NCBI GenBank assembly: GCA_948442015.1
Contig: CAOJRP010000005.1
Span: 9-64,008 of the forward strand
DNA from: an uncultured Erysipelotrichaceae bacterium
GTDB lineage: Bacteria; Bacillota_I; Bacilli_A; RF39; UBA660
DNA: 64,000 bases
Direction: 5' to 3'
Notes under the pieces: model-generated
Seen by the model: only the letters and a program-made list of their open reading frames with translations
Told to the model about the DNA's origin: nothing
The model's database searches: none
Shown: positions 21,224 through 30,229 of the stretch, one piece after another
Position numbering within the stretch: the stretch's first letter is position 1
How the letters are laid out: each line of letters opens with the position of its first letter
Translations under genes and position numbers: made by a program

Positions 21224-21286
21224 TAAAGACACGAGCGATTGCTTGGAGCCTTTGTGTTGGACTCCGATACAAAAGTATCGGTTTTT
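21224..21286 (+). ncRNA. Candidate ~60-nt sRNA ending at an intrinsic terminator, convergent with the small-peptide gene
   Basis: Hairpin CCGATAC/GTATCGG (21264-21270 / 21275-21281) plus TTTTT. An upstream imperfect hairpin GGAGCC/GGACTCC is present. No credible ORF. Confidence 0.3.
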
Positions 21287-21287
21287 C

Positions 21288-21368
21288 TTATTTACATAAC
21301 ATTAGGTATATTATAATAAACAATAATATTTTTATGATTACTAACAAACTTCTGTTCATTTTCTTCAT
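21288..21368 (-). CDS. 26-aa hydrophobic peptide (MKKMNRSLLVIIKILLFIIIYLMLCK); type I toxin-like
   Basis: Strong GGAGG RBS 8 nt upstream of ATG 21368. The peptide has a basic N-terminus and a single TM-length hydrophobic core. A promoter-like TTTACA-17-TATAGT lies at 21485-21513 (minus). Confidence 0.35.
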   Translation of the reverse strand: MKKMNRSLLVIIKILLFIIIYLMLCK

Positions 21369-21611
21369 AAAGAATACCTCCTTTAATCTTACATCCCTCC
21401 TAAAGTAATTGATAATCAACCAACCCCCTAAAAAGTAAATAAGAAAAAAGGCAAAATCGACATTCTGCTCATATCTTAGATTGTACTATAACATATAGGA
21501 AATTCCTTGTAAAATCACAATTTTCAGATTATTGTTTTGATATTTTGAGAGTAATCGAAAAATTGACAAATTCACATTTTCTTAATTTAGTGTCAAAAAA
21601 TGTAAACTTTT

Positions 21612-22448
21612 TTAATTTTGTTTAAAGTATCGCCTTTCCCACACTTTATAGCACTCTTCTTCATATGCTAATTCTTTCCAAGCCTCTGGCTCATTCTTCT
21701 TTGACTGTTCTAATTCATAATACATTTCCGCTGTTCCTTCACAATCTTTAATAATTCCTAAAAAATTTCTTAAAGCAAATAAAGTATTACCAAAATATTC
21801 GCTTTCTTTAGCTATCTCTTCATTAAAATATTTCTTATCCTTCTCATCAAAATTTTTCTTACTTTTAGTAAAAGTAATTTCCATATTAAAGTTTTTAACA
21901 AAAAAACTTTTCTTGTACATCCTTTTTAATAAAACATCAATTAAGTATGATTCTCCATTAATATCAACTTCCAAAAAAGGTCTATCCTCAGTTAATCTTA
22001 CACCTTTTCTAGTTGGTGAATCGTAAATAGCTGAAATATTAGTAAAATCTTCAAATACTGTACTAACTGCATGACATACATCATATAGACAAAAGTGTGT
22101 TATTCTAGGAGATTTTGCTAAAAACAAAGTAATTGGCATTCCTGAAGTTATTTTTACCTTTTTAGCTCTTAATTTTTCTTTTAACCATAAAGGAATCCCT
22201 GTAGCATTAGGACTTTCTTGATATTTAAAATAATCTTTACTTTTTCTAATACATAAATGGTCTAAATCTAAAGTCTCTTCATCTTTATTAATTAATCCTT
22301 TATAAACTAAAGCATCCATAATTGTGTTAGATATTACTTCTTTTTCTAATTCATCCATATCTGGATGTTTTTCAATATATTCTAAAATATGCCAACAGCG
22401 ATGAAATACTTCATAAACTAAAATATCATAATCGTATAAATTCTTCAT
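21612..22448 (-). CDS. Hypothetical protein (278 aa)
   Basis: Intact ORF; no motif recognised. Confidence 0.5.
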   Translation of the reverse strand: MKNLYDYDILVYEVFHRCWHILEYIEKHPDMDELEKEVISNTIMDALVYKGLINKDEETLDLDHLCIRKSKDYFKYQESPNATGIPLWLKEKLRAKKVKITSGMPITLFLAKSPRITHFCLYDVCHAVSTVFEDFTNISAIYDSPTRKGVRLTEDRPFLEVDINGESYLIDVLLKRMYKKSFFVKNFNMEITFTKSKKNFDEKDKKYFNEEIAKESEYFGNTLFALRNFLGIIKDCEGTAEMYYELEQSKKNEPEAWKELAYEEECYKVWERRYFKQN

Positions 22449-22499
22449 TATAATCCCCCTTTGAATAAAAAATAATATAACATAAAAAGAAGAAAATTA

Positions 22500-24734
22500 C
22501 TACTCACTTTCTTCTTTATTTTCTACTTTAACTAAAACCTCTCTTGGTTTTGAGCCATTTTGTGGTCCGATAATGCCTCTTTCTTCTAATAAATCAACAA
22601 TTCTCGCTGCTCTATTATATCCGAGTCTAAATCTTCTTTGTAATAGCGAAGCACTTATTTTTCCCGTTTGAACAGCAAACTCAACTATTTCATTATAAAG
22701 TGGATCATCAAACGATTCTTTATCGCCACTAACCGGATTATGATCGTTAGTAGCTGGTTCTAAAATCGAGTTATCGTATTCCGCACTTTGTTCTTTAGTA
22801 ACATATTCTATTACTCTTCTTATTTCATCATCAGAGATAAAACATCCTTGAATTCTAATTGGGGCATTTTCACCCATTGGAAGATATAACATATCTCCTT
22901 TTCCAAGTAGCTTTTCTGCTCCACCCATATCTAAAATTGTTCTTGAATCAATCTGCGTTGCTACTGCAAAGGCAATACGGGAAGGAATATTTGCTTTAAC
23001 AACTCCTGTAATAACATCTGTACTTGGTCTTTGAGTCGCAACAATTAAGTGAATACCCGCTGCTCTTGCCATCTGAGTAATTCGCATTATCGAATCTTCA
23101 ACTTCTTTAGCAGCAACAAGCATAAGATCAGCTAATTCATCAATTATCACAACAATATAAGACATTCTTGGAATTTTAACGTTACTGTTTTTATTTTTTT
23201 TATCTATTTTCTCATTATATCCAGCAATGTTTTTTACCCCTTCATCACTAAATACTTCGTAACGTCTTTCCATTTCTACAACTATTTTTTGTAAGGCCGT
23301 ATTAGCAAGTTTTGGGTCGGTAATAACAGGACACAATAAATGTGGAACTCCATTATAATTAGATAATTCGACTTTTTTAGGATCAACCATCATTAATTTG
23401 ACTTCATCAGGTCGATACTTAAGTAAAATAGTGGCAATAAAACTATTAATACATACTGATTTACCACTACCAGTAGACCCTGCAACAAGTAAGTGTGGCA
23501 TTTTAGCTATATCAGCAGTTTGAACACGTCCCATAATATCTTTTCCTAAGCTTGCAAGTATTTTAGCTCCTTCTTGACTTTTAGGAACGTTACCTACTAC
23601 TTCTTTAATTCTTACAGAGCTTATAACAGGGTTAGGAATCTCAACACCTATTGTGCTTTTCCCTGGTATTGGAGCTTGGATACGGACATCTTTAGCAGCT
23701 AATGCTAGAGCAATTTCTTTATTTATATTAACTATCCTACTAACTTTTGTTCCATTTGGAATTTGGACTTCGTATTGCGTAACAGCAGGACCAACATGAA
23801 TTTCCACAACTTTCCCACTTATTCCAAAATCAGCTAGTACTCGCTCTAAAATATTTTTCTTTTCTGCAACAAAAGTATTTGAATTAACTTTTTTAGGAGC
23901 TTCAGGATTATCAAGTAAATCTAGCGATGGTAACTTGTAACTATCATTACTTATATTTTCTTTAGGAATAATATCAGCATCAGTATTGTTTTCTTTAATA
24001 CCAGGCTCTTCAAGATGATTTTTTAATTCTTCAACACTCGTTATAATAACTTTATCTTCTTTATCATTATTAATTGTATAATCTTCTAATTCATCACTTT
24101 CTTCATCCTCATCATCATTTCGACTATTTTTAAGTTTAGCAAAGAATCCTTTAATTTTATCAAATATGTCAGCCATATTAACATCAAAAAATAAAATAAT
24201 TCCAAAAATACACATAACAACAAGTACAATAATGGTTCCAGTTACTCCAAATAAAGAACTAAAGCACATGGAAACAATCCCCCCAAGTATTCCCCCACCA
24301 ATAGCATAATCAGTTTGTCCTGTTGCCATCAATCCAGCAGATGAACTAATTGTGGCAATGCGCTTTTCATACATATCAAGAGTTGCTTTAATAATAGCAT
24401 TACCTTTATTAATAGTCATATAAGTATAATGTGATGCTGTAAGTAACACTATTACTATAATATAAAATCCTAATAACTTAGAAGTAAAAAAATTAGGTAA
24501 CTTTCTTTTAAACATCATTAATATTCCAATATAGATAACAAAAAACAAAATAATTGGCCACCATTCTCCAACTAAAAACATGGCAAATTTTTTAATAAAA
24601 CTACCAACAAGACCAAAGCCAAAGCCAATTATTCCAATTAAAACTAAGACTAAACCTGTAAGTTCAACACTATATTGAAAACCTTTTGGTTCACTATCTT
24701 TTGTTTTTTTCTTCTTCGCCATTGTACTCACCAT
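22500..24734 (-). CDS. ftsK: DNA translocase FtsK/SpoIIIE
   Basis: N-terminal TM segments, Walker A GSTGSGKSV, C-terminal gamma wHTH (LLQRRFRLGYNRAARIVDLLE). The true start may be ATG 24725. Confidence 0.95.
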   Translation of the reverse strand: MVSTMAKKKKTKDSEPKGFQYSVELTGLVLVLIGIIGFGFGLVGSFIKKFAMFLVGEWWPIILFFVIYIGILMMFKRKLPNFFTSKLLGFYIIVIVLLTASHYTYMTINKGNAIIKATLDMYEKRIATISSSAGLMATGQTDYAIGGGILGGIVSMCFSSLFGVTGTIIVLVVMCIFGIILFFDVNMADIFDKIKGFFAKLKNSRNDDEDEESDELEDYTINNDKEDKVIITSVEELKNHLEEPGIKENNTDADIIPKENISNDSYKLPSLDLLDNPEAPKKVNSNTFVAEKKNILERVLADFGISGKVVEIHVGPAVTQYEVQIPNGTKVSRIVNINKEIALALAAKDVRIQAPIPGKSTIGVEIPNPVISSVRIKEVVGNVPKSQEGAKILASLGKDIMGRVQTADIAKMPHLLVAGSTGSGKSVCINSFIATILLKYRPDEVKLMMVDPKKVELSNYNGVPHLLCPVITDPKLANTALQKIVVEMERRYEVFSDEGVKNIAGYNEKIDKKNKNSNVKIPRMSYIVVIIDELADLMLVAAKEVEDSIMRITQMARAAGIHLIVATQRPSTDVITGVVKANIPSRIAFAVATQIDSRTILDMGGAEKLLGKGDMLYLPMGENAPIRIQGCFISDDEIRRVIEYVTKEQSAEYDNSILEPATNDHNPVSGDKESFDDPLYNEIVEFAVQTGKISASLLQRRFRLGYNRAARIVDLLEERGIIGPQNGSKPREVLVKVENKEESE

Positions 24735-24817
24735 ACTTATTATAACATTAATATCATTGGCATTGCAAAGGACTTACACCAATTTTACAAAAATTTTTTT
24801 TAATTTGTCTTCACTAA

Positions 24818-25687
24818 CTAAACGATATTTATTAATTTTAAAAGCATTAAAAATAAAGAGAAAATAGTAGTACTTAAATTTCGTAAAACCGACAAATTTT
24901 CATTTTGCTTCGGCATTATTTCTTTAGAAGTTTTTGAAGTTTTTAATTCTACTACTTTCTCTTGGTTTGAGTTTAAATTACTTTTAATATTTTCTTCTTG
25001 TTTGACTTTTTTCTTTTTTGCAATCTTTTTGTCTTCTTTATTGAATATATGTTTTTTAGACTCTTCATTCTTTTCTTGTTCATTTATAGTAGAATAAGTA
25101 ATATCCTTATTTGTATTATCATTTTCATTATTTTCAACTTCTTGTAAAATATTTTTTTTGTCTTGATTATTATCTTTTGGCAGTTCATTAGTTAAATAAA
25201 TAAAACCGACAAGTAACGATGTTTCACTTCTATTTTTATTTGCTGGAACAACATTATTGTAATAAATACCATCACCATTATAAGGTATTTTTACTATCTC
25301 ATTTGTCTCTTGATTATGTTTTAAAGTTGTAATTCCACCCTCATTTATAAACATGCTATTCCCATTTACTCTTAACACATAAGCTACATGCCCATAAATA
25401 CTATTACTATTTTGCCATACAGCAATCGAATTAGCTCTTGCCTCACTTCCAACTTGAAAATTTGCCTTCTTAGCTCTTTCATACCAATTAACAGCATTTC
25501 CCCATCTTGGAAGTTCGATACCTAATTTCTCATAAACTTGTTGCCAGGCAAAATAAGTACAACTAACCGTCGTTACTTCATCAATTGTTTGCATTTTAGG
25601 ATATGGATTACTAGCTGCACTAACAGACTTTCCAAATATGAACAAACAAACTTCAAGACACAACAAAAATTTTCCAAACTTTTTCAT
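24818..25687 (-). CDS. Secreted CHAP-domain peptidoglycan hydrolase with a C-terminal TM anchor
   Basis: Signal peptide; CTYFAWQQ (Cys) ... GHVAYV (His) CHAP pattern; low-complexity linker; hydrophobic C-terminus. Confidence 0.75.
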   Translation of the reverse strand: MKKFGKFLLCLEVCLFIFGKSVSAASNPYPKMQTIDEVTTVSCTYFAWQQVYEKLGIELPRWGNAVNWYERAKKANFQVGSEARANSIAVWQNSNSIYGHVAYVLRVNGNSMFINEGGITTLKHNQETNEIVKIPYNGDGIYYNNVVPANKNRSETSLLVGFIYLTNELPKDNNQDKKNILQEVENNENDNTNKDITYSTINEQEKNEESKKHIFNKEDKKIAKKKKVKQEENIKSNLNSNQEKVVELKTSKTSKEIMPKQNENLSVLRNLSTTIFSLFLMLLKLINIV

Positions 25688-25801
25688 AAATCCCCCAACC
25701 TTTTATATCCTGTATCTCTTACCTTTTGTAATTTAATTATATCTAAAACAGTTTCATTTGTCAAACAAAAGTTTGCGAAAAATGATAAAAAATAAAGCAA
25801 T

Positions 25802-26827
25802 TTACTTTTTGCTATTATTTTTTCTCTTCAAAACAATAATTATAACTACTGCTAAGATAAGTATAATTACTAAAATGCTACTTATAATAACTATTTTCTT
25901 AGAAGAAATTTTATTTTCTTTCTCATCTTTCTCATCGTCTTGTTTTTCTTCCTGTTCTTCTATTTTTTCTTCAATAATTTTTTCTTTTCGATTTATATTT
26001 ATTTTATAATCTTTTTTAGCCCCATCTTCAGCTTCAACATTAATTGTAATCTCATTATCTCCAACTTCTAAATTATAACTAGGTTCTAGTAAAACTTTAG
26101 CTGTTTTATCTTCTACTTCTGCTGTTATTTCTATCTTATCTACTTCATTTTCCACACTGAGTTTATAATCTAGAACATCTTTTTTAAATTCAAAGTCTAT
26201 TCCTTTGATTATCAAACTACGCAAGTTATTATTTTTTGATTTTTCTTTTTTGACTTCTTCTTTAGTTTCTACTTTTGCATTTTCTTTTTTCGGAGTTTCT
26301 GTTTGTTTTTCTGTTTTCTTAACTGGTGTTTTAGGAGCATCATCTAAATAAATAAAACCAAGTAAAACCGAATCTTCATTTCTTACACCACTTGAAGGGG
26401 CAATATTACCATAAATAATTCCATTGCCATTATAAGGTACTTTCGTCGATTCTCCAGTTTCTTCATTATATGAAAAGTCATAAACACCACCTTCATTAAT
26501 TGTCATGGTATCTCCTTCAACAGAAACAACATAAGCTACGTGGCCAAATTTATTTCGACTCCAAATAGCTATGGAATTAGGTCGTGGCTCACTTCCAACT
26601 GAGTATCCTGCTTTTATAGCACTATTATACCAAGTACCAGCATTACCCCACCCAGGTAGCGAAACACCTGCATTTTCATAAGCTTGTTGCCAAGCAAAAT
26701 AAGTACAAGGAACAGTTGTAACACCATCTATCGTTTGGGTGTTTTTATAGGGATTTGCTTTTACATTACTTATCAAAAACATAAATGCAAATATAGCACA
26801 CACTATAAATCTATTTATTCGTTTCAT
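25802..26827 (-). CDS. Secreted CHAP-domain hydrolase paralogue with a cadherin-like beta-sandwich domain and a C-terminal TM anchor
   Basis: Same CHAP motifs (CTYFAWQQ, GHVAYV). The NNLRSLIIKG...YKLSV....I.I.A...D..A.V segment is typical of cadherin-like beta-sandwich repeats. Confidence 0.75.
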   Translation of the reverse strand: MKRINRFIVCAIFAFMFLISNVKANPYKNTQTIDGVTTVPCTYFAWQQAYENAGVSLPGWGNAGTWYNSAIKAGYSVGSEPRPNSIAIWSRNKFGHVAYVVSVEGDTMTINEGGVYDFSYNEETGESTKVPYNGNGIIYGNIAPSSGVRNEDSVLLGFIYLDDAPKTPVKKTEKQTETPKKENAKVETKEEVKKEKSKNNNLRSLIIKGIDFEFKKDVLDYKLSVENEVDKIEITAEVEDKTAKVLLEPSYNLEVGDNEITINVEAEDGAKKDYKININRKEKIIEEKIEEQEEKQDDEKDEKENKISSKKIVIISSILVIILILAVVIIIVLKRKNNSKK

Positions 26828-27168
26828 TTTCTTTTTTCATCTCCCAACTTTTAAAATAAACACAATTTAAACTATTATTAAATCTTATTTCATAGATTCC
26901 ATCAAAAATATCATTATTTTGTTCCAAATACCAATGAGCGATAACTGTGTATCCATCAATAGCCAATATATTAAAATCTATTTTCTTGATATCTTCCTTT
27001 TTGATATGTTGCCACTCTTCGATTATCTCCTCAAATTTAGTATAAGGTTTCATAAATGGTGTTTCTTAATAATAAGTAGCATCTATAAATAAAGAAGTAG
27101 CATTAATCTTTATTAAACCAATAATCTTTTAATTTACTTAACCAATCTTCGACATATTCTCTACTCAT
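26811..27168 (-). pseudogene. NTF2-like (SnoaL/DUF4440-type) gene disrupted by a frameshift and an in-frame TAA
   Basis: ATG 27168 behind an AAGGAG RBS gives MSREYVEDWLSKLKDYWFNKD*. A shifted frame continues INATSLFIDATYY-TAA(27068-27066)-ETPFMKPYTKFEE..., i.e. the listed 80-aa ORF. Confidence 0.45.
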
Positions 27169-27182
27169 AATCTATTTCTCCT

Positions 27183-28160
27183 TTATCCTATATACTCAAA
27201 ATATTCTAAGTCTGTATCTCTAAATCCTTTAGGAGTTGGAAAATAACTTCTTGTGTATTCACCATGTTTAAAAAGAATTGCTGGAATATCTTTAGCACTT
27301 GATATATCTTGCCCATCTGTTGCTATTCCAACACTAAAAGTACAATTTTCTTTCTTCCCACTACTTTCTTCATAAAGACAAGTATAATCACTATTTAAAG
27401 TATAATAAACCGCTCCTGAATTATCGGGATAATTCCATTTATATTTACCAAATTTAACATTATACTCACCTACTTTAAAAGTAGTCTCTGTATTAGTTCC
27501 ATTTTCTTTTTCTTTTCTTTTTTTATCAATTGATTCTTTTACCATAGAAACTTGTTCTTCTCCTACTAATTCTTCGGTCGTCGTAACACTATCATACATT
27601 GTTTTAAAGCATTCTAAAGTAACTTCTGTAGGTTTAGTTATATAGGCATAGGCTTGAGTAAACGAATAATTTCTTCTAATTTCTTCAACACTAATCGGTT
27701 TTATTTTTTCGGCTCCAATATCTTTATTAATTAAATCAATGCAACTATAAAAAGTATTATCTGAAGAATTATTAGGACTACCACTAAATAAAAACCAAGT
27801 AAATTTATAATCAAAATCCATTAAAAAATGGGCAAGGAGATTGACACCTTTGATAAATCCAGGATTAACTACTTCATCATTATCATTAACGTAAATTACT
27901 GTTGCATAATTTTCATCATTTTCTTGATACCCAAAAAGCATTTCAATAGTTCCATTACTATCTACATCAGCAAATCTTGTATATATTTCGGTATTATTCT
28001 TTTCTTGAAATTCTTTAGCAAAATTATAATAAAGTTCAGCAATATCTACATTCTTAGCCTTCTTTTCCTCTTTTTCTTCTACTTCTTCCTCACTTTTGCC
28101 ACAACCTAAAATAGTTATAGCTACCATCATTAGACATATTAGTTTTAAAAATTTTTTCAT
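27183..28160 (-). CDS. Lipoprotein (unknown function)
   Basis: MKKFLKLICLMMVAITILGCG lipobox; start moved to ATG 28160 behind a GAAGGA RBS. Confidence 0.6.
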   Translation of the reverse strand: MKKFLKLICLMMVAITILGCGKSEEEVEEKEEKKAKNVDIAELYYNFAKEFQEKNNTEIYTRFADVDSNGTIEMLFGYQENDENYATVIYVNDNDEVVNPGFIKGVNLLAHFLMDFDYKFTWFLFSGSPNNSSDNTFYSCIDLINKDIGAEKIKPISVEEIRRNYSFTQAYAYITKPTEVTLECFKTMYDSVTTTEELVGEEQVSMVKESIDKKRKEKENGTNTETTFKVGEYNVKFGKYKWNYPDNSGAVYYTLNSDYTCLYEESSGKKENCTFSVGIATDGQDISSAKDIPAILFKHGEYTRSYFPTPKGFRDTDLEYFEYIG

Positions 28161-28179
28161 CTTTATTTTCCTTCTTTCT

Positions 28180-28749
28180 TTATTTTTCAAAACTCATAAG
28201 TTTTTCAATTTCTCTTTTTTGCTTTTCAAAAGTATTTTTAGTTACAGGTATACGACCATGCATATTTGTTTTCAAAAAATAATTTAATCTATCAAATGCT
28301 TGTAATGTTTCTTCTGTACCAGAACCACTTCCTCCTGCACATGCTATACACACTATTCTTTTACCTCTTAATTTAGAATTTTCATTGAAAGAGTCACACC
28401 TTTTTAATCTATCAAAAAAAGTTTTAGCGCTTTCGCTCATTTCATAAAAATACACTGGAGTAATAAATATATAGGCATCATAATTAGACATTTCTTCATA
28501 TATATCATTAAAATCGTCATTTAAAACACATTTATTGGTATCTAAACATTTTCCCCAACCTCTCTTACCACAAGCCATACATTTTCTAATATCTTTTCTA
28601 TTTATACAAATATGAACATTTTCATATCCAAAAGAATGTAAAGTATCTTGACAAAGTTTTACACAAGAGAAAGTAAGTCCAATCTTATTAGGAATAAAAC
28701 TATCTTCATTTACTATATTAGAACTAAAACTTAAAATTAATACTTTCAT
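28180..28749 (-). CDS. Flavodoxin-fold NADPH-dependent FMN reductase / iron-sulfur flavoprotein-like
   Basis: MKVLILSFS start; Cys cluster CMACGKRGWGKC; YIFITPVYFYEMSE FMN-reductase-type segment. Confidence 0.55.
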   Translation of the reverse strand: MKVLILSFSSNIVNEDSFIPNKIGLTFSCVKLCQDTLHSFGYENVHICINRKDIRKCMACGKRGWGKCLDTNKCVLNDDFNDIYEEMSNYDAYIFITPVYFYEMSESAKTFFDRLKRCDSFNENSKLRGKRIVCIACAGGSGSGTEETLQAFDRLNYFLKTNMHGRIPVTKNTFEKQKREIEKLMSFEK

Positions 28750-28770
28750 TGCTTTCCTTCCTTCTTTATT

Positions 28771-29895
28771 TTAACTAACCTTAATCTTTTTTTCTTCCAA
28801 ACGATTATTTACAAGATTTTTTATTACAGCATATAAAATAGATGCTATTGGAAGCCCTAAAAGCATTCCTACAATACCAAATAAATTACCACCAATTATA
28901 GCAGCAAATAATGTCCACATTGGTGATAATTCAACTGATGCACCTACTACATGTGGATAAATAAAATTTCCTTCTATTTGTTGAATTATTAAAAATACTA
29001 TGATAAAGCATAGAGCTTGTAAAGGATTAGAAATTGCTATTAAAACAACACCGACTCCTGCTGCTATAAATGCTCCAAATATTGGTATTAAAGCTGTTAT
29101 TGTTGTTAAAACCGCTATTATAAGGGCATAAGGAAAACGACATAACGTACAAACTATAAACATAATAAATCCTAATATTACCGCTTCACTACATTGCCCT
29201 AAAATAAATTTATTAAAAGTTCTATTTGCAAGACTTCCTATTTCAATAACCTTTTTAGCTTTACTTTCATCTAATATACTATACACAATTTTTTTACTAA
29301 TTCTAATTAAATATTCTTTCTGAGATAACATATAGATGGCAAAGATAATCCCTGTAAAAAAAGTAATAAAGCCAGATACTAAGCTACTAATAAAGCCCAT
29401 TGCACCATTTACTAAATAAGTTAAAATATTAGATATTATATTCTCCCAATTAGTTGCTTCATTAAAACTATTAGCAAGCTCTTGTTGAATGTCTGGATAT
29501 TTATCTAATAAATCTAAAACAAATACTTTGGTATTTTCTACTAATAAGGGAACATTATCTATTAAATTTTTAATATTATCTACTAAAAGTGGAACAATTA
29601 ATAATGCTATAAAAGATAATACTAATATTAATGCCATTAAAGATAAAGTTATAGAGATTGTTCTTACTAGTCCATCTTTGTTCCTTATTTTCTTTTTTAA
29701 TAGTTTTTCAATTTTAGACATTGGAATATTTAAAATAAAAGCAATAACTCCTCCTATTATGAAAGGCATCATAACATTAAGAATAATTTTTAAAATATTA
29801 CCTATTATTTTAAAATTATTTATTACCCAAAAAGAAAATACAGTTACTAAAATTACAATAATTATATTTTTCATATTTAAATCTTTACTTTTCAT
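28771..29895 (-). CDS. AI-2E family transporter (PerM/YtvI-like permease)
   Basis: Polytopic; conserved LIPIFGAFIA...IIQQIEGNFIYPHVVG...LSPMWTLFA..GG.LFGIVGMLLG.P segment. Confidence 0.75.
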   Translation of the reverse strand: MKSKDLNMKNIIIVILVTVFSFWVINNFKIIGNILKIILNVMMPFIIGGVIAFILNIPMSKIEKLLKKKIRNKDGLVRTISITLSLMALILVLSFIALLIVPLLVDNIKNLIDNVPLLVENTKVFVLDLLDKYPDIQQELANSFNEATNWENIISNILTYLVNGAMGFISSLVSGFITFFTGIIFAIYMLSQKEYLIRISKKIVYSILDESKAKKVIEIGSLANRTFNKFILGQCSEAVILGFIMFIVCTLCRFPYALIIAVLTTITALIPIFGAFIAAGVGVVLIAISNPLQALCFIIVFLIIQQIEGNFIYPHVVGASVELSPMWTLFAAIIGGNLFGIVGMLLGLPIASILYAVIKNLVNNRLEEKKIKVS

Positions 29896-29975
29896 TTTTA
29901 AATTCCTCTTTCATATCTTTATTTTATCAAAAAAAGAACAGAGTTTAAATCATTATCTGTTCTATTATATTAGTT

Positions 29976-30188
29976 TTATATTTTATATAGTCTATTTCTC
30001 TTATCTCTAAAATAATAACAAATATAGATTAAGATTATACTTAACACTATTACTATTACCATTATCGCTGTCTTAAATCCTGTATATGGATTCTCTATTA
30101 TGATTGTATTTGTGATTGTAAAACCACTCTCTTGATTTCCTTCTATCTTAACTAAATAATTATCTAATTTCTCTTCTTCTATTTCCAC
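29976..30188 (-). other. Short ORF carrying a sortase-type sorting-signal look-alike (NPYTG + TM + basic tail). Likely a 3' remnant of a surface-protein gene.
   Basis: ...ENPYTGFKTAIMVIVIVLSIILIYICYYFRDKRNR. The frame is closed by TAA at 30212-30210 and the only start is GTG. Confidence 0.3.
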
Positions 30189-30229
30189 TTCATCTTTAAC
30201 ATCTATTAATTACCCAAATTCAAGTAATC

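Noticed and set aside
21172-21408. Listed 78-aa plus-strand ORF as a gene.
   Set aside because: It has no RBS and its composition is typical of AT-rich noise. It spans an intrinsic terminator (21264-21286) and is antisense to a much better supported RBS-led small peptide gene.
29489-30010. 173-aa plus-strand ORF, and similar ORFs at 31929-32249, 32268-32651, 25538-26009, 27828-28287, 20486-20821 and 49735-50064.
   Set aside because: Nearly all of each lies antisense to, or overlapping, well-supported minus-strand genes (AI-2E permease, glycosyltransferase, CHAP, lipoproteins, giant surface protein). Their sequences are extremely I/F/L/K-rich and low in complexity, with no RBS.
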